A program made the translations under genes and the position numbers. A model generated the notes under the pieces. The model ran no database searches, was not told where the DNA came from, and saw nothing but the letters and a program-made list of their open reading frames with translations. Below, piece by piece: positions 38,499 to 48,789 of a DNA stretch of 64,000 bases. The DNA comes from an uncultured Pirellulaceae bacterium (lineage in GTDB: Bacteria > Planctomycetota > Planctomycetia > Pirellulales > Pirellulaceae): the NCBI GenBank assembly GCA_964393615.1, contig CAYMUR010000003.1:1-64000 (forward strand). The letters run 5' to 3'. The first letter of the stretch is position 1, and every line of letters starts with the position of its first letter.

Positions 38499-39353
38499 AT
38501 GCAAGTCATCGTTACAGCGGTCGGACCGGATAATGTTGGTTTAGCCGACCCGATTATTCATTTGGTCACGGGCTGCGGAGCGAATATTGCCGAGATTCAA
38601 ATGTATGATCATGATGAGGCAGCACTTTTTGCGATGTTACTACGTGCGGAACTTCCGGCGAGTGAACTTTCTTCTGCCCGCCAGGCATTGACCGAGATAG
38701 GACAGCATAAACAGCTTTCGATTCGCGTATGGTCACCAGAGGAACGTAGCCATTCTCCTCGTCTTGCCATTTGTGTTACACATCGGGCGGAGCCGGCACT
38801 GTCGCTTTTACGTTCCATTCGTGACGGCCAGATCCGGGCCGAAGCGGCCGTCATGATTGGAAATCGCAATACGTGTCGAGGTATTGCCGAGCAGTTTGCC
38901 GTCCCTTGGTACAATGTGGGGGACAAGCGTGGCCAGCCTGACAATAAGCGTTTGGTGGCACTATTGGACGAATACCATGTGGATTATGTTGTCTTAGCAC
39001 GTTACATGAGAATTTTGCCACCCGCCAGTTGTTGGCAGTATGCAGGGGGGCGCATCATCAATCTCCACCACGGACTGCTTCCCAGTTTTCCTGGGATGCG
39101 TCCCTATCATGAAGCACATGCCAGTCGTATGTTAACGTACGGAGCGACCTGTCATTTCATTGTTCCCGAACTGGATGCCGGGAATCAGATCATTTATCAG
39201 TCGACCTTTACAGTACCACCGAGTTTCAAGCTGGAGGAAATTATCCGTCGTGGACAAGAAGACAACGAGCCACATTGCCTGGTAGAGGGTGTGCGACGTG
39301 TTGTTGACCGTGAAGTCCAACTGCATTTTCATCGGGTGGTAGCACGTTCCTAG
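38499..39353 (+). CDS. purU: Formyltetrahydrofolate deformylase (ACT + formyl-transferase domains).
   Basis: N-terminal ACT (VTAVGPDNVGLADPI). HHGLLPSFPG and Asp-containing C-terminal formyltransferase motifs. Confidence 0.85.
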   Translation: MQVIVTAVGPDNVGLADPIIHLVTGCGANIAEIQMYDHDEAALFAMLLRAELPASELSSARQALTEIGQHKQLSIRVWSPEERSHSPRLAICVTHRAEPALSLLRSIRDGQIRAEAAVMIGNRNTCRGIAEQFAVPWYNVGDKRGQPDNKRLVALLDEYHVDYVVLARYMRILPPASCWQYAGGRIINLHHGLLPSFPGMRPYHEAHASRMLTYGATCHFIVPELDAGNQIIYQSTFTVPPSFKLEEIIRRGQEDNEPHCLVEGVRRVVDREVQLHFHRVVARS

Positions 39354-39531
39354 AGCATTTCAGCATATCGTTTTAGTCGTTGGCATCGAATCAGAGAGGC
39401 GCCTGACAGGAGTGATCACAGGTTTCTAGTTTCGGGGCCTGTGGTGAATTGGTTGGTAGGTACTCTTCTCACATTAGCTGGAGAACATGTGGGGTCAATG
39501 GCAAGAAATAAACTTGGTGTTACACGGTGGT

Positions 39532-40941
39532 TCAAACTTCGATTTGTTTCCAACCGCCATGAATGAACCGGCAGACGATCAGGATACTTCTCACAAGGTT
39601 ATCGGCCAGCATCGCATACCAGGCACCTGTGACACCCCAGCCCCAGCCAGCCAGTTCCAGGTTTGTTCCGGGGAGCGGTACAGCGTCCCAGGCCAGCCAA
39701 CAAGCTCCTGGCAATCGCACACCAAAGAATCCGACCAGAGAGATGGCCAGCGGCCAGCGAGAATCGCCAGCACCACGTAGTGCTCCGGTGAGGATCATGA
39801 CTAGAGCGAGCGACGGCATGGACCAGGCGACAATCCTCAGGAGAGGAACGGTGGCTAGGGCAGTAGGGCTATTGTTATAGCCTGTAAAGAACGCAGTCAA
39901 AGCCTCTGGTGCGCTGTAGAACGCCAATCCGGCGGTCACCATCAATGCCCCGCCGGCACCGCAGGCTAACAGAGCACTGCGAACTGCCCCCTGTGGATTG
40001 CGAGCTCCCAACATTTGTCCAGTCATGGTCATGGCTGCCACCTGGAAAGCTGCTCCTGGCAGATATGCCATCGATTCAATGGTCACGCCTAATCCATGAG
40101 CTGCTGCGGCCAACGTACTGATACGGTTGATAATCGCCACAAATGCTAGATGACATGCAAGAATGACGGCCGTATCGATCCCGCCAGGAATCCCTACTCG
40201 TAGTAGTCGCCAGATCAGCGTGCCATCCGGCCGCAACTGATGCCAACGCAAGGTCAGACCGGCGCGTCCCGCCAATAGGCAGCTGCCGATTAGTAAACCT
40301 CCAACGGCGTGTCCCACCGCTGTACCGATTGCTAATCCCTCCCAGCCAAGCGGCTGAATGGGGCCCCATCCGATGATGAGCGACATGCTAACAGTGACAT
40401 TGATTGCCACGACGATTGTTTTGGCGATGAAGCCAGTTACCGTATCTCCGGCACCTCGTAGACAGGCGATCCCCACTTGTTCCAGCATAATGGCGGGAAC
40501 CACAGGGGTGAGAATCCACAAGTAGCGAATTGCCAAACTGGCGGCTTCGTCCTGCAGTTGCATGGCATAGACAAAATAAGGCCCACCCCAAGCGGTGGCT
40601 GCGGTTGCCAGAATGGACAACACCAGTCCAATGGTCATGGCCTGGTTACTGACTTTTTCAGCTAACGATTGTTGTTCTGCGCCCACAAAGCGTGCTACGA
40701 GAGCGGTTGCTCCGATGGCCACGGCGGCAAACATACTGGGCAATAGCCACAGCACGTAGGCGATGAGGCCCATTGCTGCTAGGTAGGGAGCCTCTTTGAG
40801 ATAATGACCTGCTAACCACCAAGCGGTGTATCCAACGAGCATCGTCAGTAACTGTTCAGCCAGAGCGGGCAGCGCCAGTCGCAGCATGGGGCGAAGAATC
40901 ATGCGAGAGGCAGGCAGAGGATACGACTTGGCACTTTGCAC
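39532..40941 (-). CDS. MATE-family multidrug/oligosaccharide efflux transporter (12 TM).
   Basis: 469 aa polytopic protein with MATE-like internal duplication and conserved charged-residue pattern. Confidence 0.75.
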   Translation of the reverse strand: MQSAKSYPLPASRMILRPMLRLALPALAEQLLTMLVGYTAWWLAGHYLKEAPYLAAMGLIAYVLWLLPSMFAAVAIGATALVARFVGAEQQSLAEKVSNQAMTIGLVLSILATAATAWGGPYFVYAMQLQDEAASLAIRYLWILTPVVPAIMLEQVGIACLRGAGDTVTGFIAKTIVVAINVTVSMSLIIGWGPIQPLGWEGLAIGTAVGHAVGGLLIGSCLLAGRAGLTLRWHQLRPDGTLIWRLLRVGIPGGIDTAVILACHLAFVAIINRISTLAAAAHGLGVTIESMAYLPGAAFQVAAMTMTGQMLGARNPQGAVRSALLACGAGGALMVTAGLAFYSAPEALTAFFTGYNNSPTALATVPLLRIVAWSMPSLALVMILTGALRGAGDSRWPLAISLVGFFGVRLPGACWLAWDAVPLPGTNLELAGWGWGVTGAWYAMLADNLVRSILIVCRFIHGGWKQIEV

Positions 40942-40970
40942 CGTAGTGGCCTGATGACTTGGCGGGATCG

Positions 40971-42236
40971 CTATGCAAATAACTCTGAGATAACTTTGCC
41001 ACTGTTGGCGATTTTCATCGGTCGGCCGTTATTGCTGGTGAAAGTCGTTTCCAATGAAATACCAAGTGCCTTACAGATAGAAGCCATTAAATCTTGTGAA
41101 GTGTAGGGCTCAGTTTCCACTCGAGTGCCATCTTGATTCGTTTCCCCAATGGCAATACCACCACGCATCCCAGCGCCCCCCACGACCACACTCCAGCTTC
41201 GTGCCCAGTGGTCACGACCACCGTTGCCATTGATTCTTGGTGTGCGACCGAATTCCCCCATCCAAATAATGGCGGTATCCTCCAGTAATCCGCGCTGATC
41301 CAGGTCAGAGGTCAGCGCTCCCATTGCCTGGTCCAATTGAGGCAACTTACTTTCCAAAGTAGGGAAGATACCCGAATGGTTGTCCCAACCGCCGAAATCA
41401 ACTTCGACAAATGGCACTCCAAATTCCACTAGTCGACGAGCCAGTAAACAACTGCGTCCGAAGCTGTTGGTTCCATAAAAATCCTGCATTTGTTGTGGTT
41501 CTTTGCGAACTTTAAAGGCTTCCATTTGAGGACTGGTCATCAAGCGTTCGGTTTTTTGCAGGATCTTGGTGTGCTCTTTTGTTGCGATACCACGGTTTTG
41601 CCGATTAAAATTATTTTCAATAAGCGATAACATGTTCATGCGCTGTGCTAAACGATTTTCTTGGATGCCCATTTCTAGGTTACTGATACGTCCGTCGGAG
41701 CTTACCGTAAACGGGGACCACGCCATGCCGAGAAATCCTGGGCCAACACTTCCACCACCAACCGAAACGAAAGGTGGAATCTCAAGTTCTTTACGATCCA
41801 AGCGGAGTTCATGCGACAAAACCGATCCATAGCTGGGGTGCTCGATGTTGGGATTTGGTACGTAACCTGTATGCATGTAGTAACGGCCGCGACTATGATC
41901 TGCTTCGCGCGTGCTCATGGAGCGAACAATAGTCATGTGGTGCATGAGTTCCGCCATTTTTGGCATGTGCTCACAAATCTGCACGTCACCAGAAGTACTG
42001 ATTGGCCGAAAGGAACCAGCGGTGGCAGCACCTGGTTTTAAATCCCAGATATCAATGGTCGACGGACCACCACTCATCCAGAGCAGGATGGCAGACTTGT
42101 GCCGTTGCCGTAAATCTTGTGCATGGACTTGAAAACTGTGTCCCAATGTGAGTGCTGGAATAGTCCATGCCGAGGCACCTGCTAAATGGTTCACGAAATG
42201 GCGACGCGTCATACCGTTAGGGGTTGGCTGATTCAT
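40971..42236 (-). CDS. DUF1501 (sulfatase-like fold) protein with Tat signal (MTRRHFVNHLAGASAWTIPA).
   Basis: Twin-arginine leader and DUF1501 length and motifs. Partner of the upstream DUF1549/DUF1553 gene. Confidence 0.8.
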   Translation of the reverse strand: MNQPTPNGMTRRHFVNHLAGASAWTIPALTLGHSFQVHAQDLRQRHKSAILLWMSGGPSTIDIWDLKPGAATAGSFRPISTSGDVQICEHMPKMAELMHHMTIVRSMSTREADHSRGRYYMHTGYVPNPNIEHPSYGSVLSHELRLDRKELEIPPFVSVGGGSVGPGFLGMAWSPFTVSSDGRISNLEMGIQENRLAQRMNMLSLIENNFNRQNRGIATKEHTKILQKTERLMTSPQMEAFKVRKEPQQMQDFYGTNSFGRSCLLARRLVEFGVPFVEVDFGGWDNHSGIFPTLESKLPQLDQAMGALTSDLDQRGLLEDTAIIWMGEFGRTPRINGNGGRDHWARSWSVVVGGAGMRGGIAIGETNQDGTRVETEPYTSQDLMASICKALGISLETTFTSNNGRPMKIANSGKVISELFA

Positions 42237-42421
42237 GGTACACCTTTTCGCAGAGATTTTGGATCAGTTCGTTATGAGAATATGTGGCTCGATTGCAGGC
42301 GAGTACGGTTCTCGCCTCAGTGGTCATGCAACAACACGCATGGGTTCCACAACGATGGGTTGTGTTCGTCGTCGGTAATTCTGGTGTTGGAATGTGTTGC
42401 TGCGGTTATGCTGGATCATGG

Positions 42422-44107
42422 TTAGTGATTAAGAATGAACTCGTTAGAGTTAAGGACTGCCCACCATATGTCTTGCAAGGCTGCTATTATGTCCCCTTCA
42501 CGTGCTATCAGCAACTGATTGGCGGCCGCCTTTTCCTGTTTCGTCGGCTGCCGTGCCAGGCCTGCCAGATAAAGATAGTCGATTTTGCGCACGTCACTGA
42601 GTTTTCCCGTCGCAATTTTGTGCAACAGGCTTCCTGGATCGCGACTGATGGCCTGTCGGATCATGTCACCGTTAAATAACATCAGTGCCTGTTGAATGGA
42701 ACCATTGAAGGTGGTTGACTCGCCTCCCTCGTCAGTACCATAAGCGGATACAAATTGTTGCAGCCACTTGCTTTTAGCGTCTTCCTGTGCTTCATAGCCG
42801 GACTGCGCTTTGTGGGCTTGCGTTGCTGTAAGTAATGATTCGTAGAGTTGTTCAGCTTGAATTTGTCGCAAATAGAAGTGGCTGAAGCGAGGTGGAAGTC
42901 CCAGCAATGGGGCGTCGGACGCGTTGGTCCGATTGATGCGACTGGACAAGGAATAAGGCTGGCTAAGTACGATCCACTGCATGAGTTGTTTTTGGTCGAA
43001 ACTGTGACTGGCAAATTCCGTTGCCAGGTATGCCAGCAATTCAGGATGCGAAGGTGGATTATGGGGGCCCATGTCATCCACCGGTTTGGTGAATCCGTAG
43101 CCAAGGAAATGTGACCAGATTCGATTGACCATTGCTTCGGGCATCCACGGTGAATCGACTACCAAAGTCGCCAGTTCTTGGCGTCGTTTGACGTCGGAGA
43201 CAAAGCCGCTGCGACCGATCTCGGTGCCATCTACAAACACTGGGTATGCCACCTTTAAAAGACCGTTTCTTAACTCGTAGTAAATTTCCGCTTCCAGTGG
43301 CTGACCCCCTTCGCCGGCAAAATCCTGGTTGGTCAACTCTGCGCCTTGTACCATGCGCGTTCCCGTTTCAAATTGCCGTAGTGCGACGGTCTGACGAAAG
43401 AACGCGTTCATCTCCCAGAATTTGCCTTGTTTCCAATCATTGAATGGGTGATTGTGGCACTGAGTACATTGAACTTGCATTCCCAGGAACAGTCGTGATG
43501 TGTCGGCAGTGGCCTGTGTCGCGTTCTCGTCCAGTTTGCGGATCAGGAAATTGACAGCACCATTAAACCCAGTTGCACCGGGTGTGTTGGAGCCTTCTGC
43601 GCTGATGATCTCGTACACGAGCCGATCATAAGGCTTGTTGCGAGCAAAACTGTCACGCAAGTATTTTTGCATGCCGGAGCGATTAATAACGGAACCGTCA
43701 TCTGTGCCACCGCTGCGACCGATTAGCAGATTGGTCCAAATCGTTGTCCAGTGGCGCGCGTACTCTTCCAGGTAGTGATCGTCATACAGAAGTTTCTTGA
43801 CCAGATCAGCACGCTTGGTCCGTGGCGGAGATTTAGCATATGCCTGTAGTTCAGCGACGTTCGGTATACGGCCGATCAAGTCGAGATAGACTCGGCGACA
43901 CCACTCTCCGTCAGTGGCAGGAGACGAAGGTGCCAGATCATATTCTTGCCACACCCCACTGATTTGCTGATTGATTTCCGCGATTTGAGGGATACCAAAA
44001 TCTTGTACCCTGTCGTCTGCCATGGCCGAAGTGACCGGAATCCACAGGCAGGCCCACGTTACCGTAACCATGACGTGTAATTTTTGGAAATGCAGAACGG
44101 TTTTCAA
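42422..44107 (-). CDS. DUF1549/DUF1553 (PSCyt2/PSD1) planctomycete-type protein.
   Basis: RRVYLDLIGRIPNVAELQAY (DUF1549-like). C-terminal WWAVLNSNEFILNH (DUF1553-like). Signal peptide. Confidence 0.75.
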   Translation of the reverse strand: MKTVLHFQKLHVMVTVTWACLWIPVTSAMADDRVQDFGIPQIAEINQQISGVWQEYDLAPSSPATDGEWCRRVYLDLIGRIPNVAELQAYAKSPPRTKRADLVKKLLYDDHYLEEYARHWTTIWTNLLIGRSGGTDDGSVINRSGMQKYLRDSFARNKPYDRLVYEIISAEGSNTPGATGFNGAVNFLIRKLDENATQATADTSRLFLGMQVQCTQCHNHPFNDWKQGKFWEMNAFFRQTVALRQFETGTRMVQGAELTNQDFAGEGGQPLEAEIYYELRNGLLKVAYPVFVDGTEIGRSGFVSDVKRRQELATLVVDSPWMPEAMVNRIWSHFLGYGFTKPVDDMGPHNPPSHPELLAYLATEFASHSFDQKQLMQWIVLSQPYSLSSRINRTNASDAPLLGLPPRFSHFYLRQIQAEQLYESLLTATQAHKAQSGYEAQEDAKSKWLQQFVSAYGTDEGGESTTFNGSIQQALMLFNGDMIRQAISRDPGSLLHKIATGKLSDVRKIDYLYLAGLARQPTKQEKAAANQLLIAREGDIIAALQDIWWAVLNSNEFILNH

Positions 44108-44823
44108 GTGAACCCACCTGCCAGTTTTGAATGTTTGTGGAACTGTGGTTAGTGACTTGGCGGTTGCTGGTCCCCCCGGACTTCATCAGACAACGAGCCG
44201 GTAGCCTTGGCAAGTCGAAAACCGGTTTTTTTAAGGTCTGATGGCGGTGAAATCGTCAAAGGGGTTGTAGCAACAACTGAGCTTGAACCGTTGTAGGTTG
44301 GATCTGATTATCGACGTTAGAAATCAAGAAGGACGTCGATTTTACTACGATTTAGTGCCCCTGTAGACGAGCGAAGTGTTTTATTTTAATACACATGTAT
44401 CAAAATGAATCACGCAAAAAATCGGACGAGTTGGAATGTTCCTGGTCCAACTCGCCCTTGATTCAGCGGACTGGCCGTTTCGCCAATTCCGGTGCGACTG
44501 CCTCTTTTTCACAAAAACAATCTCATAAGTCTAATGAGACGAATTGTTTTCGTTTCGGGTTGGAAGTTGCCTCTTCCACAGTCAGCCCCGCAAAACAGCC
44601 TCTTTCTCTGTTCCGAACCCCGCTATCACAGTCCTCTTTTCGTTCCGTGATGATTCGGCTTGATCACGGACCAACTAAATAGAGCATAAACCGTACCAAA
44701 ACGGTAGAATTCTAGATCTTGATTGGCTCAACAATTCCGGATTATCCGACGATGATGGTTAAAAGGGTGGTAGCGGTGAATGAAGTGGAATGCCACCTGT
44801 AATAGTTAAAATGGGGGGGTGTT

Positions 44824-45168
44824 ATGATGGGACGACTCACGGCAGGGCTGTCTTTGGCATTAGTAGTGACCGTCGTGGGCACTGGCTGCCAGAGCTCCCG
44901 TTTAGGAGAACGGATGTTTGGTTTGAGGTCAACGGGCCCCGTTGGAGCGTCTGTATTAGCTGGCGATGGGAGCGGACCGGCAGGTTTGCGGATTCCTACG
45001 TCTACAGGAAGTGTGCCCTGTGCCGTGACTGGATGTGCCGGTTGTGAACAGGGAGTACCGGCAGGCGCGATGAGGCCGGCTCCGACTTCGACGGTAAATT
45101 ATCCTTACTACACATTACGTGGGCCACGGGACTTTCTAGCCAAAAACCCTCCTAGCATCGGGCCTTAG
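44824..45168 (+). CDS. Small lipoprotein (lipobox VVGTGC), Gly/Pro-rich.
   Basis: gggggg RBS, signal peptide + Cys lipobox. Weak call: short, and a competing overlapping ORF exists. Confidence 0.4.
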   Translation: MMGRLTAGLSLALVVTVVGTGCQSSRLGERMFGLRSTGPVGASVLAGDGSGPAGLRIPTSTGSVPCAVTGCAGCEQGVPAGAMRPAPTSTVNYPYYTLRGPRDFLAKNPPSIGP

Positions 45169-45260
45169 TTGGCGGTCAGCAATGACGGTGAGTTCTGCTG
45201 GGAGTTCTGCTGGTTCGTTGGTATTCAACGGTACTAGCAAGTGACTGCATCATAGATGGC

Positions 45261-46544
45261 CTACTTGGTGAAGCGCGCTAGTGCGAGCGTGATATTTTGT
45301 CCCCCAAAGCCGAAACTATTGCTGAGGGCAACCTCACAAGGGGTTTCGCGTGCTTCGTTGGGGATGTAATCCAGGTCACATTCGGGATCAGGATATTCAT
45401 AATTGATTGTGGGTGGTAACACTTGATCTCGAAACGCTTGCAGGCAGACAATGGCTTCGGTCGCACCTGCTGCTGCAATCAGGTGTCCCATCATACTTTT
45501 GGTGCTAGAGACTGGAATACGGTCTGCTGCGGTACCGAATGCACTACGGCACGCTCGCGTCTCGACCTTGTCATTCACTGTAGTGCTGGTACCGTGCGCG
45601 TTTACATAATGGATGTTGGCAGGTGTCAAACCCGCATCTTGCATGGCGAGTTTCATACAAGCAGCTGCGCCGCGCCCTTCGGGATGAATATCAGTAATGC
45701 GGAAGGCGTCCGCAGTGGAGCCATATCCAATGATCTCTCCGTGGATAGGGGCAGCATGGGAACGGGCATGTTCAAGTTCTTCAAGAACGAGCATAGCGGC
45801 TCCTTCGCCAAGCACGAAACCGTCACGCTGTCCGTCGAACGGCCTGGAAGCCTTCGTCGGATCGTCGTTTCGTGTGGAAAGGGCTGTTAGCAGATTGAAT
45901 CCGGTGACGCCGAACGGATGAATCATGCTGTGAAGTCCCCCGGAAAGCATCACATCGGCATCGCCACGGCGGATTAACTCAGTGGCTTCGCCGATAGCTT
46001 GGCTGCTGGCCGCACAAGCAGTTAAACAGTTTGAATTGGGACCTTGCGCGTTGAACAAGCCAGCAATATGTGCTGCAGGCAGATTGGGTTCCTGTTCCAA
46101 GTCCTTAAGCGGGTTGACGATTTCCAGGCCGTATTGGGTAAATCGATCATGGTCAAAACTGTCTTCCGTCATTCCCGCCATCATCATTTGAGAAAACGTG
46201 TGAAAATCATTATCTCCTTCGCCACTGCCCAGGTAGACACCAAATCTCACGGGGTTCACGTTGCGATCCAGAATACCAGCCGCAGTCACTGCTTGTTTTG
46301 CAGCGCCGACGGCAAATTGGGTATGTCGTGCGCGGTGTTTCCAGCGATTGCAATCTTCGTTCGCCTGACTGACGTCCCAGCCATTTACCTGTGCTGCGAT
46401 CCGTGTCGGGAAGCGACTTGCGTCAAATATAGTGGTTGGACCTACCCCGGATTTACCTTCTTTGAGAGCGGTCCAGACTGTTTCCACATCGAGACCGAGA
46501 GGGTTGATCATGCCGATGCCGGTAATTACAACTCGGCGTTTCAT
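45261..46544 (-). CDS. fabF: 3-oxoacyl-ACP synthase II (KAS II).
   Basis: MKRRVVITGIGMINPLG. Active-site Cys (TACAASSQ). His-His (NAHGTST, GHLIAAAG). Confidence 0.9.
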   Translation of the reverse strand: MKRRVVITGIGMINPLGLDVETVWTALKEGKSGVGPTTIFDASRFPTRIAAQVNGWDVSQANEDCNRWKHRARHTQFAVGAAKQAVTAAGILDRNVNPVRFGVYLGSGEGDNDFHTFSQMMMAGMTEDSFDHDRFTQYGLEIVNPLKDLEQEPNLPAAHIAGLFNAQGPNSNCLTACAASSQAIGEATELIRRGDADVMLSGGLHSMIHPFGVTGFNLLTALSTRNDDPTKASRPFDGQRDGFVLGEGAAMLVLEELEHARSHAAPIHGEIIGYGSTADAFRITDIHPEGRGAAACMKLAMQDAGLTPANIHYVNAHGTSTTVNDKVETRACRSAFGTAADRIPVSSTKSMMGHLIAAAGATEAIVCLQAFRDQVLPPTINYEYPDPECDLDYIPNEARETPCEVALSNSFGFGGQNITLALARFTK

Positions 46545-46660
46545 CGAATCGGGTTCCCTGAGGTGGAATAAAAGGAAACAGGTTACCGAAATAACGGTCT
46601 ATACGACGACGACCAGTTCACAAGGAACATGGCAGACTATCACCTATTGTGACCCAGCTG

Positions 46661-47203
46661 TTAGGGACAGGTCGATAGGGATTTTTTGGTGGCGGCTTCG
46701 GCTTGAAGTTTGGTTGGAATGTTCAACGGGCGTCCGTCAGGTCCGCGACCGACTTCAAATAGATTCCACAACTGTAGCATCTGTAGAAGCTCTGCTGGTT
46801 CAAATAGATCAGCGACTATTTCTTGTTTGAGATGGGCAAACATCAATTTCGCTTCGGTGACACACCGCTCGTTGATGTGGGCGGTAGCATTCACAATTGC
46901 TCCGTCGGGCTGAATTTGTTCCAGGATTGCCGTGTAGTTTAGGCAGTCACCGGGAAGAGGATCGTGTGCGAATGTAGCCCGGGAAACTTTGGCGAGTACG
47001 ACACGGTGCTCGAATTGATTTGCTTCGGCGACCAGAATACCGCCAGTCTGCGCGAGACCTTCCAGGATTAGGCTGGAGGGTAGTGTGGCGCGTCCTGGAA
47101 AATAGTCACTGACATGTGGCTCACCCAGGGTGACATTTTTTTGGGCAACGGCCCGTTGGCCACTTTGAAATTCGACGAACTTATCAATCCAAAACCAGCG
47201 CAT
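46661..47203 (-). CDS. FabZ/FabA-like hotdog-fold dehydratase paralog with Tyr in place of the catalytic His (DYFPGRATLPSSLILEG).
   Basis: Alignable to the FabZ HFPGxPxxPGVLxxE motif but reads YFPG. 180 aa. Confidence 0.6.
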   Translation of the reverse strand: MRWFWIDKFVEFQSGQRAVAQKNVTLGEPHVSDYFPGRATLPSSLILEGLAQTGGILVAEANQFEHRVVLAKVSRATFAHDPLPGDCLNYTAILEQIQPDGAIVNATAHINERCVTEAKLMFAHLKQEIVADLFEPAELLQMLQLWNLFEVGRGPDGRPLNIPTKLQAEAATKKSLSTCP

Positions 47204-47271
47204 GTCACGTAACGGTGTCTAGTCAGAAGGAAATTGGCGGTTTACTTGCCATGACACGAAAGACGAACCAG

Positions 47272-47667
47272 TTATGCGGCTTTTTTTAGTTTACCGTCCA
47301 CAAAACTGCACATGTCATTGACGGTTAGCAGGTTGGCAAAATCGGCTACCACGGGATTGCTTTCGAACTTTGTCAGGTCGGCAAATTGCATTCGATGTCT
47401 TAATTTTTCCAGACCATCGGCATTTAAACGACCATCTTCCAGAAATTCTGTGTTGGTCAGGATGTCATCTGGAATGAGTTCGCTGCGTGGTATCTCAACA
47501 TCAAAAGTTTTTTCGAGGTTGTATACAATGTCCAAAAAGTCAATCGATTCAGCACCTAAATCACCGACGAGTGTGGCACCGGGTGTGATTTCGTCATCAT
47601 CGGCTCCTAACGCATCCACTAGGATATCTCGCACCTTGTTGTGAATGTCTTGTCTAGCAATGGACAT
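47272..47667 (-). CDS. Acyl carrier protein (extended, 131 aa).
   Basis: DLGAESIDFLDIVYNLE phosphopantetheine-attachment helix. Extra ~50 C-terminal residues. Confidence 0.75.
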   Translation of the reverse strand: MSIARQDIHNKVRDILVDALGADDDEITPGATLVGDLGAESIDFLDIVYNLEKTFDVEIPRSELIPDDILTNTEFLEDGRLNADGLEKLRHRMQFADLTKFESNPVVADFANLLTVNDMCSFVDGKLKKAA

Positions 47668-47968
47668 ATGGCTGAATCTCCTATTTGTTATCGCTCGAAT
47701 TGTTGGCGGCTATTCGGGAAATGCATCGTGTTCTGCGATGTGCCGAATTTCAAAAAAGGGTACACAGGTTGGATACAGTTTACCCAGGTGGTTTTGAATT
47801 ACGATTTACAAAATCCAGTGATTGATGCTAGCGAATCGACCAGTAACTCGCATTGAAATTGAGTAATGCTTCATCCTAAATCGTATGATACGTACTCTTG
47901 TCAAAAGGACCTATACGTTGTGTGGGAATGATCAGCGACTCTCCGTTATTTCATTGACTAAAAACCGA

Positions 47969-48484
47969 CTAGCCGCATCCGCTGCCAACTGGATCGGTAA
48001 TCTGCGCACCATCGTAAAGGTGGTGAAAATTTTCTTCGAGTTGCTTTTGATGTCTATTTTTATCTTCCGAATTCACGGAGGGAGCTTCAGACTCGACGAA
48101 AAATCGTCCTGTCAATGCGGTCTGACCCTCTACCGTACCGTGGACTTGAAGGGCAGTTCTTAACCCGTCACGTTGCAGGATTTCGGCGGTCAAGATGAGC
48201 GTGTTGCCTGGTTGCACAAAGGAGCCAAATTTTACATTACGCACATCATGCAGCCGGGCAATATTTGTCTTGAATTCGTCATGAAACAGTACGAGCCAGG
48301 CACAAGCCTGGTAGGCAGATTCGATCATCAAAACACCAGGCATAACGGGAAATCCCGGAAAATGATCTTTTAAGTAAGCCTCATTCGGCTGCAATTGTTT
48401 TGCCGCCACGATATGGGACGCATCCAGTTCTGTAATTCGATCAAGCAAGGAAAAATACATCGTTCCTGGGAACCGTCGAAACAA
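47969..48484 (-). CDS. fabZ: 3-hydroxyacyl-ACP dehydratase.
   Basis: HFPGFPVMPGVLMIESAYQ canonical motif. 171 aa. Confidence 0.85.
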   Translation of the reverse strand: MFRRFPGTMYFSLLDRITELDASHIVAAKQLQPNEAYLKDHFPGFPVMPGVLMIESAYQACAWLVLFHDEFKTNIARLHDVRNVKFGSFVQPGNTLILTAEILQRDGLRTALQVHGTVEGQTALTGRFFVESEAPSVNSEDKNRHQKQLEENFHHLYDGAQITDPVGSGCG

Positions 48485-48789
48485 GGCTAAATTGGCTGAA
48501 TGGGTTGCAAAGTATAGCGAGGTATGCTCAAGACAGCAAGCGAAATCAAACGGACTAAATATAATGACACAAGCTGTGTTACATCAACGAGTTATGGTTA
48601 AATTGCAGTTTTCGTTGCCTGCTTATATGACGGCAGTTCCAGGGTGTTGTTTTGGAAAAGAGATTGGTCCAGGGTAGCACGGAAGTAATGTCATTGGCTC
48701 TTGGATGGTTTCTCCAAGATTGGGCATGAGCACCCGGAAAAATTTTCTGAAACATGCGGTGATTTTTTAGGGAAGCCTTCCATGGTACA

